A DNA stretch of 64,000 bases from NCBI GenBank assembly GCA_012026655.1, contig JAAILG010000320.1, forward strand, positions 1 to 64,000. The letters are read 5' to 3'. The number at the start of each line of letters is the position of its first letter. Position 1 is the first letter of the stretch. The DNA comes from Hydrolagus affinis. Taxonomy: Eukaryota. The translations under genes and the position numbers were made by a program. Of the stretch, positions 39,743 to 53,659 are shown piece by piece. The notes below the pieces were generated by a model. It was not told where the DNA came from. It did no database searches and saw only the letters and a list, made by a program, of their open reading frames with translations.

Positions 39743-39988
39743 TGTTGACAACAGCAGTTGCTAAAATGGCAGCCATCCCAGCCTGCTGAGGGAGAAGCTG
39801 GATGTCGGAATGTAAAGTGGCTGGGTACATGGCTGAGGGGTCAAAGATCTCTGCGGGTTCCACCAGCTCAGTTTTGACACTGTGGTTTGACTTCGGGGAC
39901 TTGCTGGTCTGATCCGGAGTGACAATAATTGCAGTTAAGTTCTCCCCCTCTGCAATGGGCTTTGTCGTTTTACACCAAATCTGGTCAC
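39743..39988 (-). CDS. ZFPM1: FOG1 exon 6 (end of PR-like domain)
   Basis: ctgtgcag|GT...AACA|gtaagt, 246 nt; DQIWCKTTKPIAEGE...IQLLPQQAGMAAILATAVVN. Confidence 0.94.
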
Positions 39989-42900
39989 CTGCACAGGGGA
40001 ATAACACATTCATTATTAAATTATCAATTGTTCCATTACACCATGGGATGCAATAAAGGCAAGCTATTCTTAGACAATGGTAGACTGTGGCCAATCACAG
40101 AGGGCTAGTAACATTTATTCTGCACGTTTAGTTTTAAATCATAGCCCTAATTTAGCAGGAAGTGTTACCAAACCCCATGTCACATTGTGAATTTGATAAT
40201 AATTATACAAATAAAAACAATAAATATGTTTCAAGGACCTTCAGAATCTCTTGTCCAAATATGAAATGCAACAAGGTGAATGGGGCAAACACTGCCGTGG
40301 ATCGTTCAATTACCGAACAAAGTGAGAGCTATAGCAAACATCTCCGCTTCCATTAATAAGCAATTATTGTTGATTTGAGGTCATCATAGTATCAATGTTA
40401 AGTTTATAAAAATTATGATTAATGAATAATTAATGAATGAATGAATTATTAGTTTCCTTGCACTTTGAATGGATTTCAGTCTCCAGTGCAACTGAATCAG
40501 CAAAAATCACAGAATGATCTTTCATATTTTTTTGCAGACGATCTCGTCCTCAGATCTGAACTGTAAACACAGTTTGCTCTGCCTATCCTTCTCTTTTGGT
40601 AGATATGGCAGCAGAGATGACCAAGACAATACAACATTCAGAATTGAAACGAACAAAATCAGAGAAAGAGAAGGGTTTGCATAGAAAAACTATGTTTAAC
40701 ATTGAGGGCAACCCCAAAACAAAGTAACAAACACTGATCCTTATTGTTCAACATCCATACACAAAATAATTCTACAAAAATAGTGCAATACCAGAACGAA
40801 GATACCAAAGCAATCATTCTCTACAGCACCAGAAAAAGACAGTAACATTCGGTAAAAACACACAGCTTTCTTCTGCGGTCTTAAGTAGCTGCTTTGCAGA
40901 TAGTTTGGAGTAACCCACATGACGGTTCAGGCTCGAACACATGAAAACAGAAACTATTACTAGGACCATCAGCTCAGAGCCAATTGACTTGCAACAAAAG
41001 GTGAATCGGTATAACGAATGATGAGCTCATCAAAGATTTTCAACTGATTTGCAAGGATTATTACAACAACAACCTTGATTTATATAGTGCCCTCCATGCC
41101 GGACGGTGTCTCAAGAGCGTTTTAAATTATTATTGTGGTAAGAGAAGTACAGGCACCATCATTCCCAGAAAAAATAAACTCAAATCATTTTAGAAATAAA
41201 AAGAAACACTTCTGATTATGGGTTTAACACTGCCCTCTCTCTGAATGTGATATGCAGTAAGGTGGATCAGTCACTGGAGTCCGATGTTCACTCACTGAAC
41301 AAGTAATAAGATAAAACTAATAAGTTTTTAAAGTGAGGAACGTGAATTTAGATAGCATCACAAACAGATTACAGATGACCTTGTGAAGTTTGTTCAGGTT
41401 TCCACTTCAGCATTATTGGATGAACGGAGGTTTAAGGATCCAGGTACCTCTGACAAACCTGGTTATCATGATATCCTTCCAGTTTTCCTCCAAAAAGGGT
41501 AATAAACTGAAAAGCTGATGCATATCTGTTATCAAGATAGGCATTGCGTATTTGGAGTTCAAAGATTGGAAATGAACAAATGGAATATCACAGTAGTTGA
41601 AAGAATCATTCAGGATCCATATAATGAATCTTTTCAATTTGAAGAGCCTTTTAAAGAAGAGCCCTTTTCTGTACATAACTAAGGCATCCAGTTCTGTCTG
41701 AGATGAAACATTTGGGCACTAGGTGTCTCTCTCAAGTCAACACATGAAGCACAAACTCTGACAGGCCTTCTTCTCTCCGTATCTCCTTCTGCACTAATAG
41801 ATGTTGTACTGAATGTACATGACGTGGCTGACCATCGCGAAACTCCAGGAGGCAGGGAAACCAGGCTATATTGGTCAGTGAGGAGTTATTCGGATAATGG
41901 CCGAACTCCTTTGCTCCTGACAGTACAAAACACAGCATTAAGAATATCTAGGGTGTTCCCAAAAGCAGTCTCCTTCTAAAGAGAATATGTAGAAAATTCA
42001 TTTGGTCAATAGGAAGTGCTTAAATATCACAGGCAGCTAGCTGTGCCTGCAGAGGAAACTGCTGGCTTGTAAACCATGAACACACTTCAAAGGCATCAGC
42101 AGTGAATGATTTTACTTCCAACACAATAGCACCACAATCTGCAGTATTTCAACAGTAAGTGGAGAAGATTTCCCTGTACAGAGTTCACTCGTGCCACTTG
42201 ATGTATGAAATTAACTCACTTGGGCTTGACAAGCTGCTCTCCTCATAAATAAAATGCACTGGATCTTCTGCAACACCCATCACATCTTCAATAACTAAAT
42301 CCTATAAACTTATAAGTTTGTAGGACCAATTGGCCCTGGTCAACGATCAATGAGGATGGAGTCAACAACAACTTGCATTTACATAGTGCCCTCCATTTGG
42401 GAGTAATGTCTCTGATCATTTTAGATCTGTGGTGGTGACTGATACCAAGGAGGGGAAAGGAGACTGAAGCCATGGTCATAGAAGGAAGTGTAAATGTATT
42501 AGGGGCAGGTGGGTGAGAAAAGGATTTCGATGAGGAGTGTCAGCAAGCAAGGCTGAGAGGAGACTATTTTCTTTACTATTTACGCTAACAACAACAACAT
42601 TGATTTATATAGCGCCCTCCACGCCAGACGACATTACTCATCTCAGAGAGAACATTCAGCTCACACGGCTAACATGAGAAAAACAAAAACCCTGAAGAGT
42701 TCACGTCTCACTATTTCCCCCTCATGCAAATAAATGTTATTGTGGTACTTCTAAGGTAATCACTACCACACAGTGACATAACCACATTGGTTACCAACCA
42801 CAAAGGATTTACATTGACAAATCATTATCACCCCAATCTACCAGGCAGCTCACTATTATCACAGCTCGGTGGTTGCATCTTTGGATTGAAAAAGCACTAA

Positions 42901-43122
42901 ACAGGAGAGAACAAAAACCTTATTTGATTATGATAAACAATTCTTAGGAAAGTCCACCTGTATCCTGACTTTTACATGTGAAAGAAAATGCAGAGACGCA
43001 ATACAACGCAAGCAATGTTTAAATTTTTTTTATATCTTCCTTGAAACAGTGTAGACTAATTTTGTGTTCCGTTTGGAAAAAAGTCCATCTTAAATCCCTT
43101 GTATTTGTCTGTGACAGAGTTA

Positions 43123-43255
43123 TAATAACAATCCTTGCATATGATATAGCCCCTTATCACGTCTTAGAGACATCTCAAAGCGATTCACAGAATATACTGT
43201 AAGGTGAATTGACCGTACGTTTGTGGGTGAAATGTGGTCGCTAATTTGCTGTGAA
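43123..43255 (-). mobile_element. SINE 3' part
   Basis: AATCCTTGCATATGATATAG...TCAAAGCGATTCACAGAATATAC...TTTGTGGGTGAAA. Confidence 0.8.
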
Positions 43256-44643
43256 GTCTAGTGTCAGTGCATCTGTAAACGAACATTGCAGCCAATGTTC
43301 AAACAGCCGTGAGGTGAATGACCAGTTTTATCAAAGCTCTCTCAAGACTCACACTCTCTCTGCAAGTTACTGAAAGCCCTGGGCCCAGCTGCTTGAGCAC
43401 TGCTTGAGCAGCATCATTTGATTTCCCCTATCAATGTGTCTACTTCCTCATTCAAAACTCTTGTGCAAATTTTACTGAAATGGGTAAAGAGCCAATTCAA
43501 CTGCTTCACACATTGGGTTAGTGGATCACAGCGGCTGGAGTCTATCATCATATTTTGGGATCAGCCTGCTGTTGATGTTTTTGCCCGGAATTGTTAGTTC
43601 TGCAATTCAGCGAAAGATCGCCCTTGCAATCAAATCAACTTTTTCCTCCACAGAATTTTATCTTCGCTCTTACATTTTCGTTTATTTGTTGGTAACTTTT
43701 TTTCTTTCAATTCTCCTTCCAATCCACCCTCACCCCCCTCTCAGAAAACATTAATGTGGGCAAAGATGTGGAGACAAACACATGAAAGACTGCAGCTCTA
43801 TGCAAAGTGCAGGAAAACAGCAGGAAGTTCACTAGACAGGGCTCACAATGCACTTTGGGGGGCGGGTTAAAGGCAAAGTCCAACAGTAGCTCAACACACA
43901 CTGAGGTGAGCCTTGATTCTTGCCAATCTGAGCCTAATTCGCTCCCCCCGCCCTGCGGAGAAAGTGCTATATTATATTTATATACAGTATATACAGTATA
44001 TACATATATATGCATGTATGTTGTAATTAAGTAAGCAGGGTGCACCACTCCAGAGAGACTGCATACACCATTCCAGACACAGTGAAAAAACTCCATGTTC
44101 AGATGGCATACTTATGTGGAACTCTTACTTATGGCTTGCATACTCCTAAGTACACCCTCATGGTTTTCTTATGTGTCAGACATCCGGCTGTCCAAAAAAA
44201 TACTGTGGTAATCTGTTTTCTACATACTTTTATAAAGAACAGGAAAGGAATTCAGTATGTGAAGAGCAGAAATCACTTTTACAAGTTTGATTAACGCACC
44301 CACCTCAAAGTCCATTGAGTGTTGGCAGATAACCAAAATACAAGAAAAACAAATCACCCCTCCTTTAGTACTCACTGGCACAGGGTGGAGTGAGTGTTAA
44401 AACATCAATATGATAAAACAAAATTCGACACTCAGAAAGGTATTTCAGTAGGCGGTTGCATCAGTAAAACAAACAGCAAAGTTTTTGCTTTAACTTCTAT
44501 ATCACAAGAGCACTTCCATTACCATATTTTAAACAGTTTGAGAGGCAATAATTTTTTTTAAGGTTGCAAATGGTACGATTTTTAAAACAAATCTTTAGAA
44601 GTCGAACAATGTCTCCTTTGAAATGTTAATATCAAGAGCCTAC

Positions 44644-44749
44644 CTTCGCAGTAAATGGTGCAATTGGCCAAATCTTCATTCACAGTTATTGGAAACTTCC
44701 TTAACCAGCAGCGTTCATCTTTCAGCTCCAGAAGTAGTACTGTAGCACT
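44644..44749 (-). CDS. ZFPM1: FOG1 exon 5 (PR-like domain); absent from the ORF track
   Basis: aattaacag|AGT...GAAG|gtaggc, 106 nt, phase 0-1; SATVLLLELKDERCWLRKFPITVNEDLANCTIYCE resembles human LLLVDEACWLRTLP...ANTEI. Confidence 0.9.
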
Positions 44750-45188
44750 CTGTTAATTTAAAGAAAAATAATCCATTAGGAAATGGTAATAACATTGGCA
44801 ATCTTTGAACTTGATACAGCCCCATTCACATCAGAAACATTTCTCAAAGCGCTTCCTAGAATTAACTGTAACGACATGGCAGCTTATTTATCCACACCAA
44901 TTTTCCCACAAACAGCTATGAAGTGAATGACCAAGTCTAGGATGCTATCCTGCTTGAGGGATGCTTATATAAATGCAAGTTGTTGTCTAACACATTTCTT
45001 GGGGTTGTGTTTTGGTGAGCGTGGTGTTTGATACATACAGAGACTACAACAACAACGGTAACAAATTACATTTACATAGCGCCTTTCATGTTGGGAGGAT
45101 GTCCCAAGGTGCAGAGTACCTATACCAGATGTTTTAGTTACACATGCTCCCTTACGTGAAAAATCTTGTTCCAGAATAACGTGTTCAG

Positions 45189-45202
45189 CCACAAGGTGGC
45201 AC
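45189..45202 (+). promoter_or_regulatory. Candidate CTCF site
   Basis: CCACAAGGTGGCAC, close to the consensus. Confidence 0.45.
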
Positions 45203-48074
45203 CAATGACATGCAGATCTCTGTATTTCTAGGTTTTGTTTTGCTCAGCTAACTGTTACAAGTCGAAAGCTTCGGTTTTTAGTTGGACAGCAATAGGTTCA
45301 CATCTGGTTCAAGGCACAGTTTTGCCACAAACAACATGGAAGGGTGTCTAATCACAACAGTTCCTCGGGTAGAGATACATGCCATTTTCAAGGTACAGCT
45401 GGAAAAACAATCCTGGGTTTCATACCTTATTCCTCGTTTTATAATTTCTATAAAAACCCAATTAAGTGTAAATGACACACATTGGTGCAATTCTATAAAA
45501 GGACCAAGTTTCCTTACGCAGCTGTCTGTAATGGTTTCTTGGTACCTGCCTTTCTTAAATTATGATTATCTGAAATATTTGGGAGAGTGGGACTTTGAGG
45601 AAAGAGATGAACTGAAAAAAAAATTAGCTTCAAAAGTAACTGAGATTTATATATAGAAGTGGAGTTAACTATTTCTACGACTATGTGTACTAGATGCCAA
45701 GGTGTGATCAAAGGCAAACATACTGAAAATAGATGTCTCATCAATTGATCCTGGTGATGGTTGGATGTACACAAAGACAAGAGATATAGCTGTAGTGCAA
45801 TAACAGACAAGCCACAGATATTATACAACCTCCACATATCCTCCAGTACACTTACACTTTTAGTCCCAGTATCCCTCATACAGGACATGTTGACAGAACA
45901 AGGACCTGTCTGCAGAGTGTTACCATAGCAAAGACATTTAATATTAACTTGCAAGAGGCTGATGAAGAGTTCTGCAGAGGAAAATGTATGCAAGCTGAGC
46001 TGGATCACCCACATCAACAGAAGTTCTAAGTCTTAAAATGTTTAACCTAAATTGGATAAACCATCAAGGAGACAGAACTCTGTGATCATTACTGTGGTTT
46101 CTTGTCTAATATGCTCTACAATGAATACAACATTTGCAACCAACCAATTTGGTTTGTAAATAACTACTGAGGCACTGGTCCATGGGTACTTTGAACAGTC
46201 TGTTCATTCTCGTGGAAAGACACCTTGTTTCAAAAGTATCTGCTTGTTTGGTTAATTTCTCCCAGAGTTGATACTCTCTTGTGTGAGTTGAGGATGGAGC
46301 AAAACTGGGTGAATGAAGCTTTCCTTTCTCACGTGGAAGCACTTATACTTAATGAAGCAATGTCAATTTGATACTGAACAGAACTTATTGAGTAAATGTT
46401 TTATCCTCTGCCTTTAAATGCCTTGTATGATAACCCCGCCCTCCGAGTCCTGTCTGGTAAGATGAGATTTGGGTCTGAAAACTAACTACCGAGTACGTTC
46501 CACGAATCAACTTGGACCCATCACTTGGATGGTGTTGGATATCTGTCTCATCAGATACCATGCTACTTGGAAAGGGGTTCGGTAGAGACAGTATCTCCGA
46601 GATAGTCCAGTTGGAATGAGATAGGAGCTGCTGTTACACCACGGTGGCACCTGATGTTTTTTTTAAACCAGCTCAGGCTCCTGCTAAGTCTTTGAGATGA
46701 TCTTTAAACATAAAAAGCACAGTATAAGTGTAAATTGTTGTTTAAGGTGAATCTTGCACTGCATCAGCAACCAGGTATTCTTGTAATTCTGTGTCAGTAC
46801 AAGTTACTCTCTACTGTACATGAGGGTGAACAGGTAAAGATAGACTAGCTAGGTTTTCTATTATGTTGCATGCAAGACAGCTTGATTTCTGAGTCAATTT
46901 CATTACCCAAGTACTCAGTGGATTTACCCCTTTATTTACTGAATAATCTTATTAATCCAATATTGATCCATCATTATCAATAGATTTTCAAAAGCCCAAT
47001 TTGTAAATCAAGAATTAATTTTGCCTCAAATCCCAGCAGAATTGATGACTTTTTTGGAAAGGCTCATTTTTTGGAAAACCTCATCTCAGCCAGTCTTTCC
47101 ATTCCATCTACTTCGGAACTGATTCAGTGCTTAACAACAGTGCTGAAGTCTGCAATCCTAAAATCTCTCACATCCTTTTCCTATGAATGTTAATGATGGT
47201 GAAAATTTTAATCTGGGATGATCCCTGAGCTGTTGCTATGTTGATATGAAATCTAATTATTCAGCCTCAAACCAAGAGCTACTGAGAACTCATCAGTACA
47301 ATAGTCAAGAGTTCAAAGCCAGATGCAACATTCAACATTTACTGAAGAACTGAAAGTTTTAACAAAAAGAAGGCAGTCTGATTAGCTCATGCATCCTATA
47401 GGGTACAGCAGGTCTTGATTTAGTCCAGTGAACTGAATTTGATTACATTTTTTTTAAAAAGCAGTCTGGACCAGAAAAAAATGGCTTTTTTTTGTTGCAA
47501 TTTTGGATAGGAAGGTGTATAAATAAATTGTTGCTTCCATATTATAGCAGAGCAAGAGATCGATTCTATGCGAGTTATAATAGTACAGTAATAAGAAGCT
47601 TTGCATTTGATAAGAGCGTTGTTCGGGATGAAGTGGATTGGCCAATTGACTATGTCACTTGCCCACAATTACAGTCACTACACTTGTGTAAGTGCTGTGG
47701 TTTCAAGCCCCATGCCAATACTCTTGAATACTGCTGTGCACAAGTCGGATTATTAGTATTATTATTGCAACTACCGTAATCTGTTTTCTATATAGGTTCT
47801 AGTATTCTAAATATAATTGATGGATGCACACCAAGTGTGAAGAGTAGATACTAATTTTGGAACAATGTTTACGATTTCAGATATACTCCTTAGCTGCTTT
47901 CAGTCAAAAAAAACTCTTCAGACCTTAAATGTACTTGTGGTGTACTGGCCAGGAAAGGGCAGGGTTTTTTTTTCTTGGAGTTGAAGGAAAAGTATGACAT
48001 GAGCTTAGTGCAGCTAATATTAACCAGACCATCTCAAATATATATCATGCAAGAACACGATCCACACCACATCT

Positions 48075-48342
48075 TTATCATCTACTTATCACTAATTTAT
48101 CAGGCTTCTCCTCAATCCACAAGGGGCTAAGATACTTAAGACTCGCTGAGCTGTTTAATTTATCACACTTTGTAGTTCTGGAAAGCATCCATCAAACGGT
48201 TCAGTCCCTTTAGAAGGAAAATAAATTTTAAGAGTTTTTTTTTAAAAAAGGAAACTTCATAGATAACAGGGAGAGAGAACATTTAGCGGCTCAATAATAT
48301 CAAAAAGTTTGGATACAAAGCAAGATGGCTCATTTGTGATAA
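48075..48342. promoter_or_regulatory. Intronic GATA-site cluster (candidate enhancer)
   Basis: Six WGATAA sites at 48075, 48086, 48097, 48160, 48261 and 48337. Confidence 0.55.
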
Positions 48343-49696
48343 CCAGCAACTCAATAACAGGAAAGCGGGCTGCCAAAGGTACTAAGCAATGATTAGACAC
48401 ATGATTCCAACAAGGTCTAAACAGTGGACTTCTAAAGCAGGCTCGTCAAATGGTTTAGTACATTACTTTATTGCTGCATTTTGTACAAATGGGGTTTCAA
48501 GCAGAGCTCCTTTAAGGATCATGTCATCTAAATGTCAGTACCATTAAAACTCACATGACAAATGTCCCAATTACAATGACTCCCTATTAATCCTTTGAAT
48601 ATTTTGGTTGAAATTAGCAACATCAAGAAAACAGCTTTAACTTAAACATATATAAAAGACTTAAATGTTACAGCAGACGGCAAAGAAAATTTCATAAATC
48701 CATCACATTGCTTTTTTTTCTTAATTGACCTGAAATGCCCCACAATAATTAAATTTTTTTTAAAAAATGGGTTGGAAGATAAAGATAGAAATGATGCCAA
48801 TGATTGGAGTGAGATGCCGTGGGGATGGCAACACAAAAGCCTTTCATAATCTGCTTCAGGAAACTGCACCAATCCAGGATTTGCAAGGATTATTATTATT
48901 TACTAATTTACTTAAAAGAAAATCTATTTAACCATCACTCTTGATTCTTTTTGGAGTGGGCACATCTAATCATTTGATGATAACCTTAAAGGTATGTTTT
49001 TTAAAATATATATATAATCAGGCTGCTTTCAAGTCCTCTTAAAATCCAACAAAGCTATGCATCAAAGCCTCTTCCTTTGTTGTTGATGTTTTTTCCTGTG
49101 GAGACTCAGACCCATTGACTCTTGCCCTTGACCGTATGATTTTGTAGTGATGGTGTGGAAACTTTCAAGCAGCTGATAAGGATTTGTATAGAAAACCAGA
49201 GTCTATTAAGACTCAGTACTACAGCACCAGAGTACTACAGAACTACTCATTTTAGGGAGGCCAGTTTGAATTTTTTTGCAGTACAGCTGAATCAAATGGG
49301 AATACGATGCAGTCTTGCAGCTCAGACTCCAAACTATGGCAGGAAGCACATTACATCCTCTGGTGCTGTAGTTATTAATGGGGGCAGGCGGAATTTGGAT
49401 TTATGCAGTTATATGAACATTATGAATGAACAAGGGCTGTACGATTTGGATGTCGATCTTCCTTCGCTCTTTCTTGGTGAAAGTACAAAGATCGCAGAGC
49501 TGTCAAACCGCCCATTTAGAATTTGTTAAAAACCACCCACCCAGAATTTGTCAAAAGCAGCAAACAGTTAACAAGGTGGGTGCCCACTCTAAGGGATATA
49601 GGAGCAGCAGCCCACAGGTGTTCTCCTGATGTTAGTTAACCTGAGTGTTGCTGTAAGGGGCATTCAACATTTACAGAGACAGGCGCCTGATCATAT

Positions 49697-50030
49697 CATT
49701 GAGATGTCTCAAAGCGCTTCACAAAATATACTGTAAAGTGGATAGACTGTATTTTGTGGACAAAACGTGGCAGCCAATTGCTGTTTTTAACTTGCATTTG
49801 TACAATTCTCTTCAATTGGAATAGATTCTTGGTGTGCTTCAGTGATGGTGTCAGACACCGACCGAGCAAGGAAGAGGGAGAGAGACAGGGTGGACATACC
49901 ATAGGTACGGTCATAGAGGTAGATCTTAAGGCAGTACTAGACAAATAAGAGAGTGGGAGGGAACGAGACAGAGGGGTAGAGGAAGGCAGTTCCAGAGGTT
50001 AAGGCTATGGAATCTGAAAGTCAAAAGGCA
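49697..50030 (-). mobile_element. SINE tail fragment plus L2 fragment
   Basis: GAGATGTCTCAAAGCGCTTCACAAAATATAC...GGCAGCCAATTG, then purine-rich L2-like antisense text (GGTCATAGAGGTAGATCTTAAGG...CAGTTCCAGAGG). Confidence 0.65.
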
Positions 50031-51993
50031 GATAATAAATGCCTTGAAGTACAATCACTGGACTGGAAGGGTTTTTGTAAAACAATAACCATTACAATAA
50101 GAGGAAGGCTATTTCCATATCTTCCATTAATCATCTGATGAATGAGCTATTAACTGAGAAATGGTTACGTCCTCACTAGACTAAAAAGTGCTGCTGTTCC
50201 TCAGAGCGAGAGAGAAAAAAAAGAGGCCGATAAGCACAATGCCGGAACTCAACAAAAATGTAGATAGAAGTTAAAATCTTGGAAATGAGTGTGTATCAGC
50301 CAGAAATCAATCATTTTGGACTTGGTGTACCAACAGCCTCCCAGAAGCATGGCGCCTGAACGAGATAAGTCCAGACTAGAGAGATAAGGGTTAATCTGTA
50401 TTTAATTCAAGGAGATGATGAACAGGACATTTAATGAACTCAGAAATATAGAAATTTTTTTTCTGTACAATTGTGTTTTGTTCGAACACGGACCAGACAA
50501 CCTTGCAGTTGTGTTAATTACTAGCTCAACAATTTATACATATCAGCAATGTTTGTTTGACGGGACATTTACATAAAAATGCTGCCAAAGCATACAAGAC
50601 AAAAACATTACACTTGGGTTTGTCATATTTAATGAATGTTGCCATAGAAGCCAACTGCTAATTGTTCAATTCATTCAGTTTCATTCTTTTTCTTTAGCCA
50701 AGTTTTTCAACAGTTTAAAAGGCAATTAACAGGTGAAAGCTAAATTAGATAACGTGGAATAAATTTGTCACTTGTATCATCTAAAATGTAAAATATGAAC
50801 TCCGTTCAATAATGAGCATTTTGGTAAATTATAAATACTCAAAGAGTAAGCTGCAGAACAAGTGTGACACACAATATGTTTATTTCATGATTTAATTCTA
50901 CATCAGAGCAGGTAAATGCAACCAGCTTTGTGTGAATAGGTCGATTTATGCAAGTTTTATATCAAAGCAGGTTATTCTAACAGGGATTATAGCCACACAG
51001 GCCCTGCGGATGCTCAGAACACTTTGCAGCTGGCAGTTTGCTTCTAACCAAAGTCTTTGACTGCCATGTTGGAAGGATGCCATGTTGGAAATTGCTCATG
51101 TGGAAGGGAAGATGGAAAAGAGATTAACTGTAGGTTCCAAACACAACTTGGGCATACGATTCCTTTGCAGCGATCAATTGGGACCTGACCATATTTTTTT
51201 TTACAAAATAGTGGTGGGGGGAAAAATTACGACTGCCAAGTTGATAATATGAGGTGAGTGGGAAAAAAATTACTTTGATCATTAGCTTGTTTTTTTTTAA
51301 AAAAAGCACTGGATTATAGATTACTAGAAATATCACTGGATAGTACACTAGTCAGCACTGAAACAAATAGCCATTATATCAAGACATCTCATTTCCAGTC
51401 AACTTGTTCTTTCTGAAGTGGCACTTTGAAACTTAGCAGTCTGTTATCTACCAAAACACATTTTATGAAATCAACCCAAATCTTGGAAGTGTACTGTTAA
51501 TTTAAGTCACGGAATTGAAGGACAGTCATTGGCAGTTTTTGACCATTTTCACAATTCTTAAAAATATTGTTCATCTTTCTATCTTACATTCAATTACATT
51601 CTCAATACTGGGCTTGTTCACCTTTGCCAAACATGTTCAATGCGATGCTGGCAACACACTGATCCCATACCCAGAATCACACTTTTTTTTATGATTAAGG
51701 CAAAAAGCCATTTAACAGTCATATTCAGCAGCTTTGCAGGCTACATATTAGCCACACCTCAAATTACTATTGGTAACATATTGCAATTTTATAATTCCCT
51801 TAAACAGAGAAATACATTGCAATCAACATCAGTTCTACCTCTCCACTCACAAAATCCCCTTTCCTTAAGATACTTCACTGTATTTACATTGAAGGTTGAG
51901 GAAGCTGCACTTAAACTGGGCTTATAGTTGAATAAAGGAAACCAGCTACCTGTGGCTGCAACTCATTGGGGCGGTGAATGAGCCAATGCATTT

Positions 51994-52315
51994 TAATAAT
52001 AATAATACTTGCATTTTGATATAGCGCTTTTCATATCTTATCGACGTCTCAAGGCGCTTCACAGAATATATGCTGTAAAGTGAATTGACTGTATATCTGT
52101 GGGCGAAATGAGCTACCCAATTGCGCACAGCGGTGTCCCATAAACAGTCGTGGAATGAAATGACCAATTTTTATTATCGTCTTTTTTTGGGGGATGGATT
52201 ATCATTAGGCATGTGGAGTAAGAAAACTTGCCCAAGGTTTCACCCTGATCTGCCTGGATTCGAACATAGGTCTCACGCTTGAAAGGCGAGTGCTCTAACC
52301 ACTGAGCTACAGGAG
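51994..52315 (-). mobile_element. Full-length tRNA-derived SINE
   Basis: Complete reverse-complement copy; head ...GGATTCGAAC...GTGCTCTAACCACTGAGCTACAGGA. Confidence 0.9.
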
Positions 52316-53224
52316 TTCAACAAAGCTCCTTATGCAAGTCTCACAGGTCACTAAATATTTAGTGATAGCGCAAGTTGGTGGATCATAATTTGTGGATGGC
52401 ATCAAACAATCGGAACAAATTTATTTTGCACATTCATGAATCCCAATTATACATCTGCCAAATACTGTCAAACCAGTTCAAGTAATCATCTCCATACAGC
52501 AACCATTCCCTGTTAACAACCACCCTGGAATGGGCCGGGCAGTCCAGTTCAAACACCAATGAACCCCTACTCTGAGGCCAACTCCTACATGAAGGTCACT
52601 TTGGTCAAGTCCCCCGAGTGGTTGTTGAAGACCGTATGCGTCACCACACTCAACAGCAAATCCTGTGAAGCACTTTGAGATGTCTCAAAGTCACGATAAG
52701 GTGCTGTATTGAATGCGAGGATTGTTCTCATTTCTAACCTCTGTGAATGTAACTGTTAAAATGTTTGCCAAATTTGGGGCAATTTTGTGCCTGTTCAGTC
52801 GGAGTGAGGAGGGATTGGCTGAGAACGCTGAAAGTCATTTCATTATCACTAAAACAAAACATAAAATAAAATAGATGAGATAACCCCTCAAATACTTCCC
52901 TTGTGGGAGTAGGGCAGTCGACAAGTACTGGAATGATACCAAGTTGTTTTGTTAAAAGTTTATTGACCATAACGCATGTTCAATGGTCAGTTGCTGCTTA
53001 AAAAAAAGTATGCATCACCCTCTCACCAAGTGAGTCGCTCTGAAAACATGGAAAATGCTGAAACATTAAAATGCAGAAATATATTAAAATGCAGAAACTT
53101 GCATATATTTACCTCAAAGTCATGGAATCAGTTTCTCCAGTCACGCACACAAGTTGATCTAATTTTTATTATATGAAAAAAATTATTTGATGAACAATTC
53201 CGACATACAGAATTAATTCCTTAC

Positions 53225-53361
53225 CAACTTTTGAAGTTCTGTAGTACTTTTGTTACTGCTATTAATTGATCCTTCATATGGACCCCAGGAGAAGCCTTCT
53301 GACAATGTCTGACAAGCTCTCACTTGTGATTCGCTTTCCAAGTGGTTTAGCTCCAGTGACT
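53225..53361 (-). CDS. ZFPM1: FOG1 exon 4 (start of PR-like domain); absent from the ORF track
   Basis: catttacag|AG...TTG|gtaagg, 137 nt, phase 1-0; SLELNHLESESQVRACQTLSEGFSWGPYEGSI resembles human RIRARLSLATGLSWGPFHGSV. Confidence 0.9.
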
Positions 53362-53659
53362 CTGTAAATGACACAAAATAGAAACATAAACATTAAAAAG
53401 GCACAGTATTTGCTGAGTAGCTGTGATGCGGCACGCAACAACACAGCAAATGGAAAAAAAAATGAAGCAATGTAATTTTCATCAATAACAGTTTAGCTAC
53501 CGTGAAAATCAATGCTATCTTACAATCTTCGTTCACCTCAGTGTACAGGTGTAATTTAACAGCCACCTTTAAATTACAATGACAAGCCTGATCCACTTGT
53601 GGGCTAGGCTTTTTATGTAGACAGCAAAGGCAGAATGAGAGAAGGTTAACTGATTGGAG

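Noticed and set aside
40520-40630. ANCVYS-like candidate for exon 5
   Set aside because: No suitable donor or homology; a much better exon lies at 44644-44749.
51063-51090. Short direct repeats (also near 12479 and 53065) as a CRISPR-like array
   Set aside because: Only two units each with no spacers; ordinary slippage duplications in a eukaryote.
52526-52537. WNGP motif resembling the end of FOG exon 3
   Set aside because: Wrong strand and wrong order relative to exon 4.
28649-53361. Assignment as ZFPM2 (FOG2)
   Set aside because: The exon 8/9 fingers, the CPYCP finger, VHSRL, RKRRKLYE and C-terminal EHVK context fit FOG1 better, despite FOG2-like extra fingers.
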